From Heterodontus francisci (Eukaryota): 64,000 bases of DNA. The position numbers and the translations under genes were made by a program. The notes under the pieces are model-generated. The model was given only the letters and a program-made list of their open reading frames with translations, searched no databases and had not been told where the DNA came from. The stretch is taken from contig NC_090380.1 in the NCBI RefSeq assembly GCF_036365525.1, positions 65,541,591 to 65,605,590 on the forward strand, given 5' to 3'. The stretch's first letter is position 1, and every line of letters starts with the position of its first letter. Positions 11,406-23,574 of this stretch are shown here, in pieces.

Positions 11406-11729
11406 TACTCTCTGGACCTATGTCTCCCAAATGGCTTTTAACTCTAAAAACGGCATTGTTTGTGTACATAAACTTATGTGGTATAATTAAAAATGTTATA
11501 GTTTGATTAGCTTAAAAGCTTTTATGGCCTGTGTTTGACTAGCTGAGAACTTTGCTTTCTAGCCACTTGCCAGCATTCAGTTCAACAGCTGAACTCCATA
11601 CTGAGCAACTTTCAAGCTAAAACTCCATTTTGACTACACCTCAGGCAGTTTGCAGGGCATTTCCCCAACAACCTGGAAAGCACCCTTCAGGGTATTTATT
11701 TCATACAATGTTAATGACAGCCTGTTCTA
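11406..11729 (-). repeat. Unclassified ~330-bp interspersed repeat, copy 2 (inverted)
   Basis: Reverse complement of 9083-9417; 66-nt perfect match 11533-11598 vs 9224-9289. Confidence 0.85.
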
Positions 11730-11805
11730 CCTTTCCACCAACTCTTGTGAAATCCCCACTACCTCTGTACTGCAATTTCCTACACATAAACGTTGAAAAG
11801 ATCAA

Positions 11806-12134
11806 ATTCATAGAGAGATACAGCACTGAAACAGGCCCTTCGGCCCACAGAGTCTGTGCCAACCAACAACCACTCATTTATACTAATCCTACATTAATCC
11901 CATATTCCCTACCACATCCCCACCTTCCCTCAATTCTCCTACCACCTACCCTAGGGGCAATTTGCAATGGCCAATTTACCTATCAACCTGCAACCTGGCT
12001 GTGGGAGGAAACCGGAGCACCCAGCAGAAACCCATGCGGTCGCAGGGAGAACTTGCAAACTCCGCACAGACAGTACCCAGAACTGAACCCGGGTCGCTGG
12101 AGCTGTGAAGCTGCGGTGCTAACCACTGCACCAC
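11806..12134 (-). mobile_element. HE1-type V-SINE inserted in an L2 fragment
   Basis: Reverse complement of the HE1 head, V-domain and tail. Confidence 0.92.
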
Positions 12135-13089
12135 TCCTTAAATGCTGTACCTTTGCCACTGATCCCATCTCCCTTCCCAGCCACAGTCTCAGGTTGAAGC
12201 TGACTATTGACAACTTCAGAATCCAATTTGACCCTCAGCAGCCCCTTTTCCTCTCCATCACAAATACTGTGTACTTCCACATCTGTAACATCACCTGCCT
12301 CTGCCCCAACCTCAGCCCACCTGTTACCTTCATTGGGCTGAATTTAAGATGGCAGTCTGCCCGCGCGGATCGCCCATCGGCTAGTCCCCGCTATATTTAG
12401 CGCAGCAGCTCATTAGCGTCACGGTGATGCAGCGCCCCCCCCCTGCCCCCCTCCCAAATTACTTGGTGGGAGCTGGGACATCTGGCACCCTGATGGACGT
12501 TGGCTCAGCTGAGGAGCAGGTCCTGGGGCCCTATTTAATGGGCCCCAGCACCTGCTTCCTGACAACTGCCAAATAAATACTGGGGATGCTGGCATTCTAG
12601 CAGCAAAGCAGAAAGTGCTGGAGAAACTCAGCAGGTCTGGTGGCTTCTGTGGAGAGGGAAGCAGAGTTAACTTTCAGGTCTTTCTCTTACAGCCTGTTTG
12701 CCTTCGGAAAGTCAGTTTAAACTTATCTGAACTCAGACGTCAATAGCTTATTGTTCTGCTCCAAAATGTACAGTCCAGAAATATGGTTTCACAAAGTCAC
12801 TTGGGCTTTTCCATTGTTCCCAGGTGCTAACAGCTGCCTGGTACATTTACATCTTCTGAATTGTTGACTTTTTATTTTACGACCCGAAAGTCTGGGAGGG
12901 CAAAACCCATACTTCTTCAAGCGGTAGCCCTGCAGTCTCTGTTTTCAGAAGAAAGCCTTTGATATGTGTTCTCTGTTGTCCTGGTAACTTTTCACAGAGC
13001 GGAGGTGAGGTCATCTGACCTTCCAGACTCCCATCTTGAACTTATAAAAATCTAAATTGTTAAAACATCATCATGTTACAAGGTCCAGC

Positions 13090-13598
13090 ATTCATAACAC
13101 AATGTTCTCCCAACTGACCTTCGGGCTTCCATTCTTCGTAAATTTCAGATCATTCAAAATTCTATTGCCCATATCATGCATCAAGACCCAATGATCCATC
13201 ACCCCTGACTTGCATTGCCTCCTGATCCCCCAACACCTGAAATATAAAAAATCCCTTCATAGCCTTACTCTTCTGTAACCTGCTCCAGTGCTATTATTCT
13301 CATCACCCTCCCCAACCCTCACCCCCACCAAACTCTCCATGCCTCTGACTCCAGCCACTTGTCTGTGCATCATTTTCTTCCCTCCACTTCAACTGCCTAG
13401 GCTGTACACTCTGGAATTCCTCAAAGCCCTTAACCCTGTCACCTTACTCTCTTCCTTTAAAACACACCACTTTGACTAAGCTTTTGATCACCCCTCCTAT
13501 TTTCTCATTACTTGGCTCAGCATTCACCTTTGATTGTGTCTCTGATGCGCTTTGGAATGTTTTTCTATGATGAAGGTGTTATGTAAATGCAAGTTGTT
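13090..13598 (+). mobile_element. Decayed L2 3' end
   Basis: ctctggaattcc...tttgactaagcttttg...aaatgcaagttgtt pattern shared with the other L2 copies. Confidence 0.7.
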
Positions 13599-13756
13599 AA
13601 GCAAAATATTTACTTGGGCATCACTCATAATCCCTGTCACTTCCTTCAGTGCCCTAGGATAAATTAAGTCTAGTGCTTGTGCTTTTCCTACCTTAGAGCC
13701 TTTCGATTTAGCATGTACCATTTCCATTCGGATATGGAAACAACTCAGATGAGCGT

Positions 13757-13900
13757 AAATAAAAACAGAAAATGCTGGAAAGATCAATGACCTGAAGTAT
13801 TAACTCTGTTTCTCGCTCCACAGATGCTGCCACACCTATTGAGTGTTTTCAGCATTTTCTGTTTTTATTTCACATTTCCAACATCTACTGTACTTTTCTC
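13757..13900. mobile_element. Penelope-like terminal fragments in inverted arrangement
   Basis: aaataaaaacagaaaatgctggaaa ... tttcagcattttctgtttttattt around the pLTR core. Confidence 0.75.
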
Positions 13901-13905
13901 ATATC

Positions 13906-15849
13906 TGTTATGACAGAGGTTGGAGGAATGCACAGTCTTTATCTAGTTCCACTACTCCACTAGTCACAACATATATTCAAATGCTTTACCCAGTTACCAA
14001 TAAGGCCAATTATTTACTTTATCTATATTAGTTTCAGAATAAAAATCCGCCAACCAGTATTCTTTGATAAACAACAACATTGTTGATTTAATGTAAAACA
14101 AGACTTAAGAAATAAAGATGCAAAGTTTATTAACACACAGTTTGAAATATGAAAGTATAAATACCCTTCTAAAATATCCTAACACACAGGTTAAAGGAAA
14201 AAAATCAAGAAAAATGAAAAAAAACCCGCTCTGCAGAGATCAACTTTTTGAAAAAAGTACTTTGGCCAAGTTATTGTCAATTCTTGAAGGAAAAGGATAA
14301 GATATAGAATGTTCCAGATGGCCCTTTTGGTCTGGCGTCTGGGTCCACATAATGTTACGAAAGTGCTTCCATTTTTAAAATATTTTATTTTTTTGAGGAC
14401 TTATGTTAAAACTGAAAAGATTCCATGGATGTGTTTTTTTTTACCAAGTTCACTGAAAGGACATTTGAGATGTTGTTTGAAAAACACCGGTGCTGTAAGT
14501 CATGTGCTTTGGACTCAGTAAACAACAGACCCTTGGTGACCTGCGGAAAACTGGTTACAGAGAAGCCACATGTCAAGGTTTATCGAGGTCAGGACGTCGA
14601 CTCTCTATTTGGGGTTTGGATATTGTTTTCAGTGCAGCAGCTGGGGTGTGAACTGTTTGAAGACAGTTGGTGTTTTCCTGCCAAGGGAAAAAGAAACCAC
14701 CCAGCTCACGTCCTTCTCTACCTCTTTGAAGAAATCCTGCAAAGATCCAGTGTGGGAGAACTAAAATCCCTGGTGCTGCATAGCTCCTGAGAAGTTGAAA
14801 AAAATCCTGCGATTCAAGTGTGTGCTGGCAGAAAAACCTCACATCACATTTCTCCTCGAAAGCCTACTAGAATAATTCTTCACATCTCCAGAACAGACTG
14901 CTTCTGAAACGATCCCAGTGACTCATCTCCATATACCCTGACATCAGACCAAAAAGGGACAACTGAACTGTTTCCATATCTTCTCTTTTTTTCATAAAGA
15001 ATTAGCAATTATTTGGCCAAATTAGTCTTTTTTTTTTAACTTTTTTTTGTAACAGACCTCAGCAGAGAGAATTTCTGTATTTTTTTCCAGTATGTGTCTG
15101 TGAGTATGATTGGGGAATTTTAAAAAGGGAACGTTCATATTTCAATCTGTGTGTTAATGCTTTGCTTCGTTACTGGTTAAGTCTTGTTTTATAATAAACT
15201 GATAATTTTTTTGTTTATTAAAGAAACCTGGTTGCTGTATTTTGTTCTGGGATAAAAAATAGAGTGTATGATTGGCTGTTCCAGTAACTGGGTAAACATT
15301 TAAAAACATGTTGTCACCTGTGGAGAAGTGGAACGAGAAAAGATAGTGCACTCTCCTCCCACCTCGGTCATAACAGTGGATGACTGTCACAGGGAACTTT
15401 CTGGAGCAGTTCTGTTCAGGAGATGTCGAGGAGTCTTGCAGGCTTTTCGAAAGAATTACTGCATCAGTGGGTTCAGCTATCATACTGGATTCTCGAAGAT
15501 GTTTCAAAACAGGTGGAACAGGATGATTTGTTTGCTTCTCTCTCTCTGCAAGCTGCAACTCCAACTGAACTCCAAACAATATACAAAACAGAAACCAAAA
15601 CTCCTGACAGCCATAAACTCAGACTTGTGACTTCTCTGGGTCCAAACAATTCCGTAGTCCAAAAGGCTCAGTCTGTTTACTTAGCTGAAGACATGTGACT
15701 TCCAGTAAGTTTTTTTTAAACACAGTCCCAAGTGTCCCTCCGGTGACCCTTTAAAAAAAACTGAGTCCAGGCATTTCCTCAGGTATTTTCCACAGTCTTT
15801 GAAACACAGGTCCTCAAAATATATTAATAATGGAAGGACCTTCATGACA
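13906..15849 (-). repeat. 3' LTR of element A, split by a nested solo LTR
   Basis: 13906-14352 plus 15376-15849 align with 21998-23244; purine tract aaggatggaag adjoins it on the minus strand at 15850-15860. Confidence 0.9.
14353..15375 (+). mobile_element. Solo LTR of a related family nested in opposite orientation
   Basis: TGTTAC...ATAACA termini; reverse complement of 31383-32317. Confidence 0.85.
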
Positions 15850-16029
15850 CTTCCATCCTTGGAGGAATGAAACACCATTTTAGTGCATTTCATTAGAAAG
15901 TATGGAAAAGAAACAGAACGTGAAAAAATATTAAAACACATTTACGCACTCATTCTCATTCACTCTTTACCTGTAAATAATACAGTTATGCCCTGTACCA
16001 TCTTTGTACTCAGATAACTAAAAGCAAAG

Positions 16030-17330
16030 TTAAATTCTTGATAAAGCATCAGCAGTTACATTGTTTTCCCCGCAATGTGGATAATCTTTTAAGTGATAGG
16101 GCTGCAACAGTAAACTCCATCAAAATAGTCTGGCATTCTGGTTTTTGAATTTTTCCACAAAGACTAGGGGGTTATGATCAGTATATACCAGCCCTGTAGA
16201 CATGGTGGACATATACTTCAAAATGTTTAAGAGCTAGTAGTAAGCCCAGGGTTCTTATCCACTGTAGATCTTTTGATGTTGATTTAGCTTTTTGGAAAAG
16301 TATCCCACTGGCCTTTCTATGTCCGGTTCATCTTCTTGTAACAGGACTGCACCTACCCCCAGGACACTAGCATCAATTGCTACCTTGATGGGCTTAGTGA
16401 AATTTGGGGCAGCCAACACTGGTTCATTAATAAAAATTGCTTTCAGCCTCTCAAAAGATGCTTGGCACTCCCCTGACCACACTACCTTGGCTTTCTTTTG
16501 TAGCAAATCCATCAGTGGAGCAGCTATAGTGCTGCAATTTGGTGCAAACTTGCCACTGATATAAGACATCCCCAAAAACCTCATAATGTCACGTTTAGTC
16601 TTAGGGGCAGGGAACTCCATCAATGCGTGTACATTTGCTGTTCTTGGCAACACTTGTCCTTGCCCAACTATATGCCCTAGGTAGGGTACCCTCACTTTTG
16701 CAAATTCACTTTTGGCAAGGTTTATCACCAGATCAGCCAATTGTAATTTTCGAAACAGAGCTTCTAGCTGTTCCCAGTGGTCCTTCCCAGTGTCTCTGTA
16801 TACCAGCACATCATCAAGGTAAACCACACAGTTAGAAACACTGGCTACCACTTGGTTCACTAGTCTCTGGGAAGTTGCTGGGGCATTTTTTAGCTCAAAT
16901 GGCATCACTTGGCATTGAAAAAGACCATCTGGTGCGACAAAGGCCAATATTTCTTTAATCAGTGTGCTAAAGAAACCTGCTAGTATCCCTTTAACAAATC
17001 TATTTTGGTAAGAAATGTGGCACTGCCAACTCTGTCCATACAGTCTTCCAAGTGAGGAATTGGGTAGGAGTCTGCCTTTGTTACTGCATTAACCTTTCTG
17101 TAGTCTATGCAAAATCTAGTTGAACCACCAGGCTTATGCACTAACACAATTGGGCAAGTCCAGATGCTTTGACTGGGTTCAATTAGCTGATTTTCCAACA
17201 TATATTGGATTTCTGCTTTCACCTGGGCCTGTTTCTCTGGACCTAAGTGATAAGGATGCTGCTTTATAGGAGATGATTCTCCTACATCCTGGTTTGTCCC
17301 TACAGCCTCCTTTAAATGCTGTGAGTAGCC
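16030..17330 (-). pseudogene. Element A pol: reverse transcriptase and RNase H (frameshifted)
   Basis: RFCIDYRKVNA, KIDLLKGY, MPFELKNAPAT, YLDD, IDASVLGVGAVLLQ, ending NVTADALSRI*. Confidence 0.95.
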
Positions 17331-17399
17331 TAGTTAGGTCTCCTCATTGTTCTGCATCTAAATATGAAAGCACAGTCTAATCTCCCTAACAATTCAGTG

Positions 17400-18900
17400 T
17401 TAGCTAACCGGATGGTGGAAGGTTCAATTTGGGAATTGTCTAGGCCTCCTTCTGTCTCATCCTCACTATCCCTTTCATCCTTCAATGTCCCTACTACCTG
17501 ACATACCTGTGCTTGCTTATCTTCCTCTCAGCGGTGACATTGTTTCAATATGTTGATGTGACACAGCTGATTCTTTTTTCGTCAATCAAATAATTTACTT
17601 TACCAATCCTTTTGATTACTCTATATGGACCACTGAACTGTGCTTTCAGTGATTCACCCTGTAAAGACAGCAATACTAATTCATCATCCCCGGTTGAAAT
17701 TTTCGGGTCTTAGCACGCTTGTCTGCCCATTTCTTCACGGTTGTTTGGGAAGCTTTAAGGTGTTATGTTCTTATAGACAGATTTTTAATTAGTAATGGAT
17801 TGAAGGATTATGGAGAATGGGCAGGAAAGTGGAGTTGAGGCCCCGATGAGATCAGCCATGATCGTATTGAATGGAGGAGCAGGCTCAAGGGGCTGAATTG
17901 CCTGCTCTTGCTCCTAGTTCTTATGTTCTTATTAAGGTGTTCTTGAGTCAATTTTCCGGCTCTCGTGAGCCATTCCTGGAACACAGGTACGTAATCTAAT
18001 GTGGAAGTTTTGTCCCTCTATTCTAAAAACCTTTCTTTGATTAGTTTCGGAGGACCTCTTACCTCATGTCCATAAACAAATTCAAAGAATTAAACTGGTA
18101 GACTCATTAGGTGAATCCCTGTTGGCAAACAAAAGAAATTCCAGCTCTTTATCCTAATCATGGGGATATCCATGACAGTATGCCTTGATCATCATTTCGA
18201 GGGTCTGACGGTATCGTTCTAAAGCCCCTTTTGTCTGTGGGTGGTATGCTGAGGACTTTAACTGTGGTATACCCAGATTACTCAAAACTGCCTGAAAAAT
18301 TTTAGTCAAAAAATTGGAACCCTGATCCGACTGGATCTCAACCAGTAATCCATATCGAGTGAAGAACTGGGTTAACTTCTCTACCATTACCTTAGCAGAA
18401 ATTGTTCTCAAGGGAATGGCCTCTGGGAAGCGAGTATCCATATCCATAATAGCGAGTATATATTGGTGTCCTGTGTTTGTTCTCGGTAAAGGTCCCACAC
18501 AGTCTACCAATACCCTACAAAATGGTTCCCCAAAAAGTGGAATGGGAATTAGAGGTGATGGTTTTATTGCAGGTTGCAGCTTTCCGATAATCTTGCACAT
18601 ATGACACATTTTGCAAAACTGCACCACATCCTGGCCAGTAAAAATGTCGACTTATAAGTGCTTGGGTCTTCCAGATCCCTACATGTCCCGCCATAGGAAT
18701 TTCATGGGCTATCCTTAATATTACCTGGCGATACTTGGGTGGTACCACTATCTGGTGAACCAAGGTCCATTCTTCATCCACAGGTCCGTGAGGAGGTCTC
18801 CACTTGCTCATCAGAGTCTCATTTTTAATATAGTAGCATTCCGGAACTCCCTCTGCCTCAGCTTCAGTTTGAGCCAATTGTGCCACCTTAGTTAACTCTG
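17400..18900 (-). pseudogene. Element A integrase (HHCC zinc finger, DDE core, C-terminal domain), upstream of RT
   Basis: AHEIPMAGHVG, CKMCHMC, VDCVGPLP, SDQGSNF, YHPQTKGALER. Confidence 0.93.
17765..17931 (+). mobile_element. CR1 3' fragment inserted in the integrase
   Basis: CR1 3'UTR (atcagccatgatc...ggagcaggctc) with ttcttatgttctta tail; 10-bp TSD ttaaggtgtt (17755-17764 / 17932-17941). Confidence 0.88.
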
Positions 18901-18949
18901 GATCGGCTTACTGAGCCACAATCAGAAAAGACTTACTGAACATTTCCTT

Positions 18950-21868
18950 TGGATTATTCAAATTGCCCCAAAAAAGTTTCAGATAGAGAAATATCTGTCT
19001 GTGGTGCCAATTTGACCTCTGACAATGGAACTTGTTTAGCCACTGCTCGGGTCATTACACATGAAGGAAAAATTCCTGGAACCTTTTTCTGCAACTGCTC
19101 TGTCTCCTTGACTTCACTTGGTCTTTCCGTGACTACTGGAGAAGCTACTAGCTTCGCTACGGCCAAATCATTCCCCAGGAGTTGGTCAACTCGGTCCACA
19201 GGCAGACTATGGACATTAGGTCACACTCCAGGTGCAATACAAAGGTTAGGGTATATACTCCCTGCCGATACTGTTCACTAAAACCTTGGCATTCAAAGCA
19301 CTCTCTGGTGGAAAAGTCATGCCTTTCCCCAGCAAAAGTGTTTGTGTGGCTCCTGTATCACAAAGTATAACTATAGGTTTATCTGCCTCACTTGAGGAAT
19401 AAGGAGTTACTTTTTCTTTTGACAAGAATTCCCTATAACTCTCAGGTATCTTGTTCACATTCCCCACACTCACAGCAGTTTTTTTACTTGGCCTTGCAGC
19501 TGCAGTCAGAGCTCCAGCTTGATCTATCATCCTGTTGGTCAGGGCCCCTTTCTCTGCACTGGCCTCATGTACCCCAATAAGTCCCATGAGTTTACCCCGT
19601 AATTTCCTGCAATCTGCACAAAGGTGGCAATGGAAACACTTAGTCCTCCAGACCACATTCCCACCCTCAGCACTTTCCTGCCTGAGGAGGAGAGCCTGGT
19701 ACATTCCCAGCTGTCCCTTCTCGTCCCTGGCTACTTGCCTTCCTTTCACCCTCCCACCTTCTATCCTTCTCGTGTTGGTGGGGGGGGGGGGAGGTGACAG
19801 AAAAAGGGTTTGTACTTTGTCACAGAAGTGTATTTTTTTCTCCTCTGTTTGAAACAGTGTCCCTTTAAGACTGTAAAAACCAGTGTGCCTTTAAGACAGA
19901 GAGAGTAGTGTTAGATTTCTGAGGCACAGTGTTCCAGCTGCATTTGTTACCGAGGCAAAAGCAGGAGAGTGAGGAAGTCACATGGTATAATGTTTCAATT
20001 TAACTGTGTGTAAAAACCAGCTAAAACCAGTTTTGAGAGACACCAGCAAAGCATGCTTACTGAAGGAAAGAGCTGTCTATTTCTCTCAGCAGAAATTCTA
20101 TGATGAGCTACAGGCTGTGTTAATTGCCTAAGGAGGAAAATACCCTTTGAAGAGACCATTTGTATTGCTGGAGGTAGTAAAATTCCTTTTCTTTACTTCC
20201 AAGCCAAGAAGTCTTTCCTTCAAGATTGAATCTTTCTTGACTGATTGTGCTTTCTGGAATTCGCAGTAAAGTTTCGACTGAGAGACTGTCAGTTTTTAGA
20301 CCCATTGCTATACTCATTGTTTAAAGAACAGTTTGACGCCTGCTGCATATTGAAGGACTGTTTCATCAAATCCACGTGGAGACTTCGAGTGACATTTGAT
20401 TATTTTTGCACTAGGATACCTCACCCATCAAGAACATAACCCACAAATACTAACATCCCAGTTATTTATTTATTCTTAAGAAACAGCTAATTTTTAAAAC
20501 ATAACTTTTTAAAAGAAACTGGTTAACTGTGATTTTAGAGTGTATGTGTGTGAATGGGGGAGTTAGGTTAAAATAAGAAGTTATAAGGTCTTTAGACATA
20601 GGTTTATCTTAATAGTGTTCAAGATTTAGTTTTTAATAAATAGTTAATTTGTTGTTGTCTAAAGATACCTGGTTTGGTCTGTTTCATTCTGGGGGTTACT
20701 AGAGTGTTTAATTTGGCTGTTTTCCAGTTGGGTGGGAAAACTTTAACAATATGCTGCAACTTGTGGAGTGATGGAACTGAATTGACGGTGCATTGCTCCC
20801 GCCTCGGTCGTAACAACTTATGGACAAGCTCGTAATCATCAGCCATCTCAGCTGCCTGTCTGGTTGTTGAAACCTTCTGGTTCTTTACAAGGGTTCTTAT
20901 TAATGGAGGGAGTGAATTTTTAAATTCCTCCAGGAGAACTATTTCCCTAAGGATCTCATATGTGGCTTCTACCTTTAGTGGCAGCATCCAACGGTCAAAG
21001 TTAATTTGCTTTACCCTCAAATTCTATACAAGTCTGCCCAAGCTGTTTCTGGAGGTTCCGAAATTTCTGCCTGTAAGCTTCAGGGACCAACTCAAAAGAA
21101 GCGAGAATAGCCTTTTTTGTCATCTCATAATCTTCAGAAGCCTCCTCAGAAAGCATGGCATTAACTTCATGGGCTCTGCCTATCAATCTGCTTTGCATAA
21201 GCAGTGTAAGTTTTCTTTCAGCCACCTCATCTGTTTAGTTAGCTTTTCAAAAGAAATGAAAAATGCCTCTACGAACCATTCCTCAAACTCCGGGAGGGCT
21301 TGCACAAATTTAAACAGCTTCCCACTGGGTCCTGGGTTGGATCAGATTCTTTCTCATCAGAACTTTCTCTGGAGTCAAGGCTACCCTTTGTTGTTTTAGT
21401 TCCAGCCTTTTTAATTGAAATACCCTTTCACATTCCCTTGCCTCTCTTCATTTTCCTTTTCTCTTTCCCTTTGCAATTCCAATTCCAGTTTCTGAAATGC
21501 TGTTTCTTTTTCCTTATCTTCTCTTTCGCTTGTCCTTTCTCTCTGCTGTCATTCTGCTTGCTCCCTTTGAAATGCCTTTTCTTTTTCCTTTACCTCTCTC
21601 TGAAATTCTAGCTCTAACTTTGGCCTGTCCAACTGAATCTGTGCCAGTGTTACCTTGTCTTCTTCTGATTCTACTCATCCCTCTGGCTCTTACACTTCAA
21701 TATTCAGCTGTCTGGCCACTAGTCTCTGAATTTCAGGTCTCCTAGCTTTTGATCTAATATCTACCTTCAAATGCTCTGCCACAATTAACAGCTCGTGGAC
21801 AATGCCTTTAAAGAATCATAATTTACTCCAGACTGCTGCACAAACGCACTTGCATCAAAAGTAGCCAT
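18950..21868 (-). pseudogene. Element A gag (SCAN-like domain, zinc knuckle remnant) and aspartic protease
   Basis: Starts MATFDASAF; LREIVLLEEFKNSLP...AAEMADDY; KCFHC; ILCDTGATQ protease motif. Confidence 0.88.
19818..20815 (+). mobile_element. Solo LTR nested in gag of element A
   Basis: TGTCAC...GTAACA termini; perfect TSD actt (19814-19817 / 20816-20819). Confidence 0.9.
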
Positions 21869-21972
21869 TCCAGTAGTGTAAGCTTTACTCTAATATACAA
21901 GAAAGCGTTTTCCTTTTCCTCTTTTCAATTATTATTACTCCATTTACAAATGCACTTCGTCGGCTTTGGGTT

Positions 21973-21991
21973 ATACCGGACCAATCCCCCA
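21973..21991 (-). promoter_or_regulatory. Degenerate tRNA-Pro primer-binding site of element A
   Basis: Minus strand tgggggattggtccggtat vs canonical TGGGGGCTCGTCCGGGAT, a few nt inside the 5' LTR. Confidence 0.6.
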
Positions 21992-21997
21992 CTTGTA

Positions 21998-23244
21998 TGT
22001 TACAACCGAGGTTGGAGAAATGCACTGTTTTCTCTAGTTCCACTACTCCACTGGTCACAACGTATGTTTAAATGTTTTACCCAGTTACCAATACAGCCAA
22101 TTATATACTTTATATTAGTTTCAGAATAAAAATCTGCCAACCAGTATTCTTTAATAAACAAAAAAATTGTTGATTTATTATTAAACAAGACTTATTCAAT
22201 AAAGATGCAAATCTTACTAACACATAGTTTGAAATATGAAAATATCAATATCAATCTTCTAAAATAGCCTAACACACAACCACACACACAGGTTAAATAA
22301 AAAAATAAAGAAAAATGAAAAAAACTGGCTCTGCAAAGATCAAGTTAAAAAAATCTTTGGCCAAGTTACTGTTAATTCTTCAAGGAAACGGATAAGATAT
22401 GGAATGTTCCAGATGGCAGCACAGTGGTGCAGTGGTTAGCACCGCAGCCTCACAGCTCCAGGGACCCGGGTTCGATTCTGGGTACAACCTGTGTGGAGTT
22501 TGCAAGTTCTCCCTGTGTCTGCGTGGGTTTTCGCCGGGTGCTCTGGTTTCCTCCCACATCCAAAAGACTTGCAGGTGATAGGTAAATTGGCTGTTGTAAA
22601 TTGCCCCTAGTGTAGGGAAGTGATAGGAAATATGGGATTACTGTAGGGTTAGTATAAATGGGTGGTTGTTGGTTGGCACAGACTCGGTGGGCCGAAGGGC
22701 CTGTTTCAGTGCTGTATCTCTAAATAAAATAAAATAAAAATAAGATGGCCCTTTGGTCCGGGTCCATGTAGACAGCTGTCAATGGGATCGTTCTGGAACA
22801 GTCCTGTTCAGGTGACATCGACGAGTAGTCTTGCAGGCTTTTTGGGAGAATTACTGCATCAGTGGGTTCAGCTATCACACTGGATTCTCAGAGATTTTTC
22901 AAAACAGGTGGAACAGATGATTTGTTTGCTTCTCTCTCTCTGCAAGCTGCAACTCCAGTTGAACTCCAAACATTATCCAAAACAGAAACCAAAACTCCTG
23001 ACAGCCATAAACCCAGACATGTGACTTCTCTAAGTCCAAACAATTCCATAGTTCATAAGGCTCTGGCTGTTTACTTAGCTGAAGACATGTGACTTCCAGT
23101 AAGTTTTTTTAAAAAACAAAGTCCCAAGTCTTCTTCCAGTGACTCTTTTAAAAAAAAAAGTCAAGGCATTTCCTCAGGTATTTTCCACAGTCTTTGAAAC
23201 ACAGTTCCTCAAAAAATATTAATAATGGAAGCATCTTCATGACA
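21998..23244 (-). repeat. 5' LTR of element A
   Basis: TGTTAC...TGACA; homologous to 13906-15849. Confidence 0.9.
22418..22742 (+). mobile_element. HE1-type V-SINE inside the LTR
   Basis: HE1 structure; TSD agatggc (22411-22417 / 22743-22749). Confidence 0.92.
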
Positions 23245-23574
23245 TATTGGATGAGCTTAATATATCTGGTATGCAATGGACTGATCCAACATTCCCACAG
23301 TTAGAAACAGATATAAAGTATCAATTCAATACTTGCCATGCACATATCGTAAGTTCTAATCCTGCCCAAATCTCCATGCAGTGGCCCTATTAGTTGTTTA
23401 AACAGCTTTAGATTCCTTTTTTTGGGCTACTTTTCATTATCTTCGTCTTCAGATTCATTTTAGCTTGCCGAATACTTCTTTTTGTTAATGTTTGCTGCTT
23501 TTTATATCTTTATCTGAAAGATTATTTTATATGTTTAAAATTCATCTATTTTGAGTCAAACTTATTCCTCATGA

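Larger units (their letters stand above)
13906..23244 (-). mobile_element. Gypsy LTR retrotransposon, Gmr1 clade (element A), full length but decayed
   Basis: Paired LTRs 21998-23244 and 13906-15849 (TG..CA); Pro-like PBS; PPT; minus-strand order gag-PR-IN-RT-RH; flanks tatc/tatt (imperfect 4-bp TSD). Confidence 0.93.

Noticed and set aside
9083-11729. Single DNA transposon with 330-bp TIRs
   Set aside because: Outer flanks show no TSD, and a DeuSINE continues colinearly across the left copy.
11630-12400. 256-aa ORF as a host gene
   Set aside because: It runs across an unclassified repeat, L2 pieces and an antisense HE1 SINE; a chance chimeric frame.
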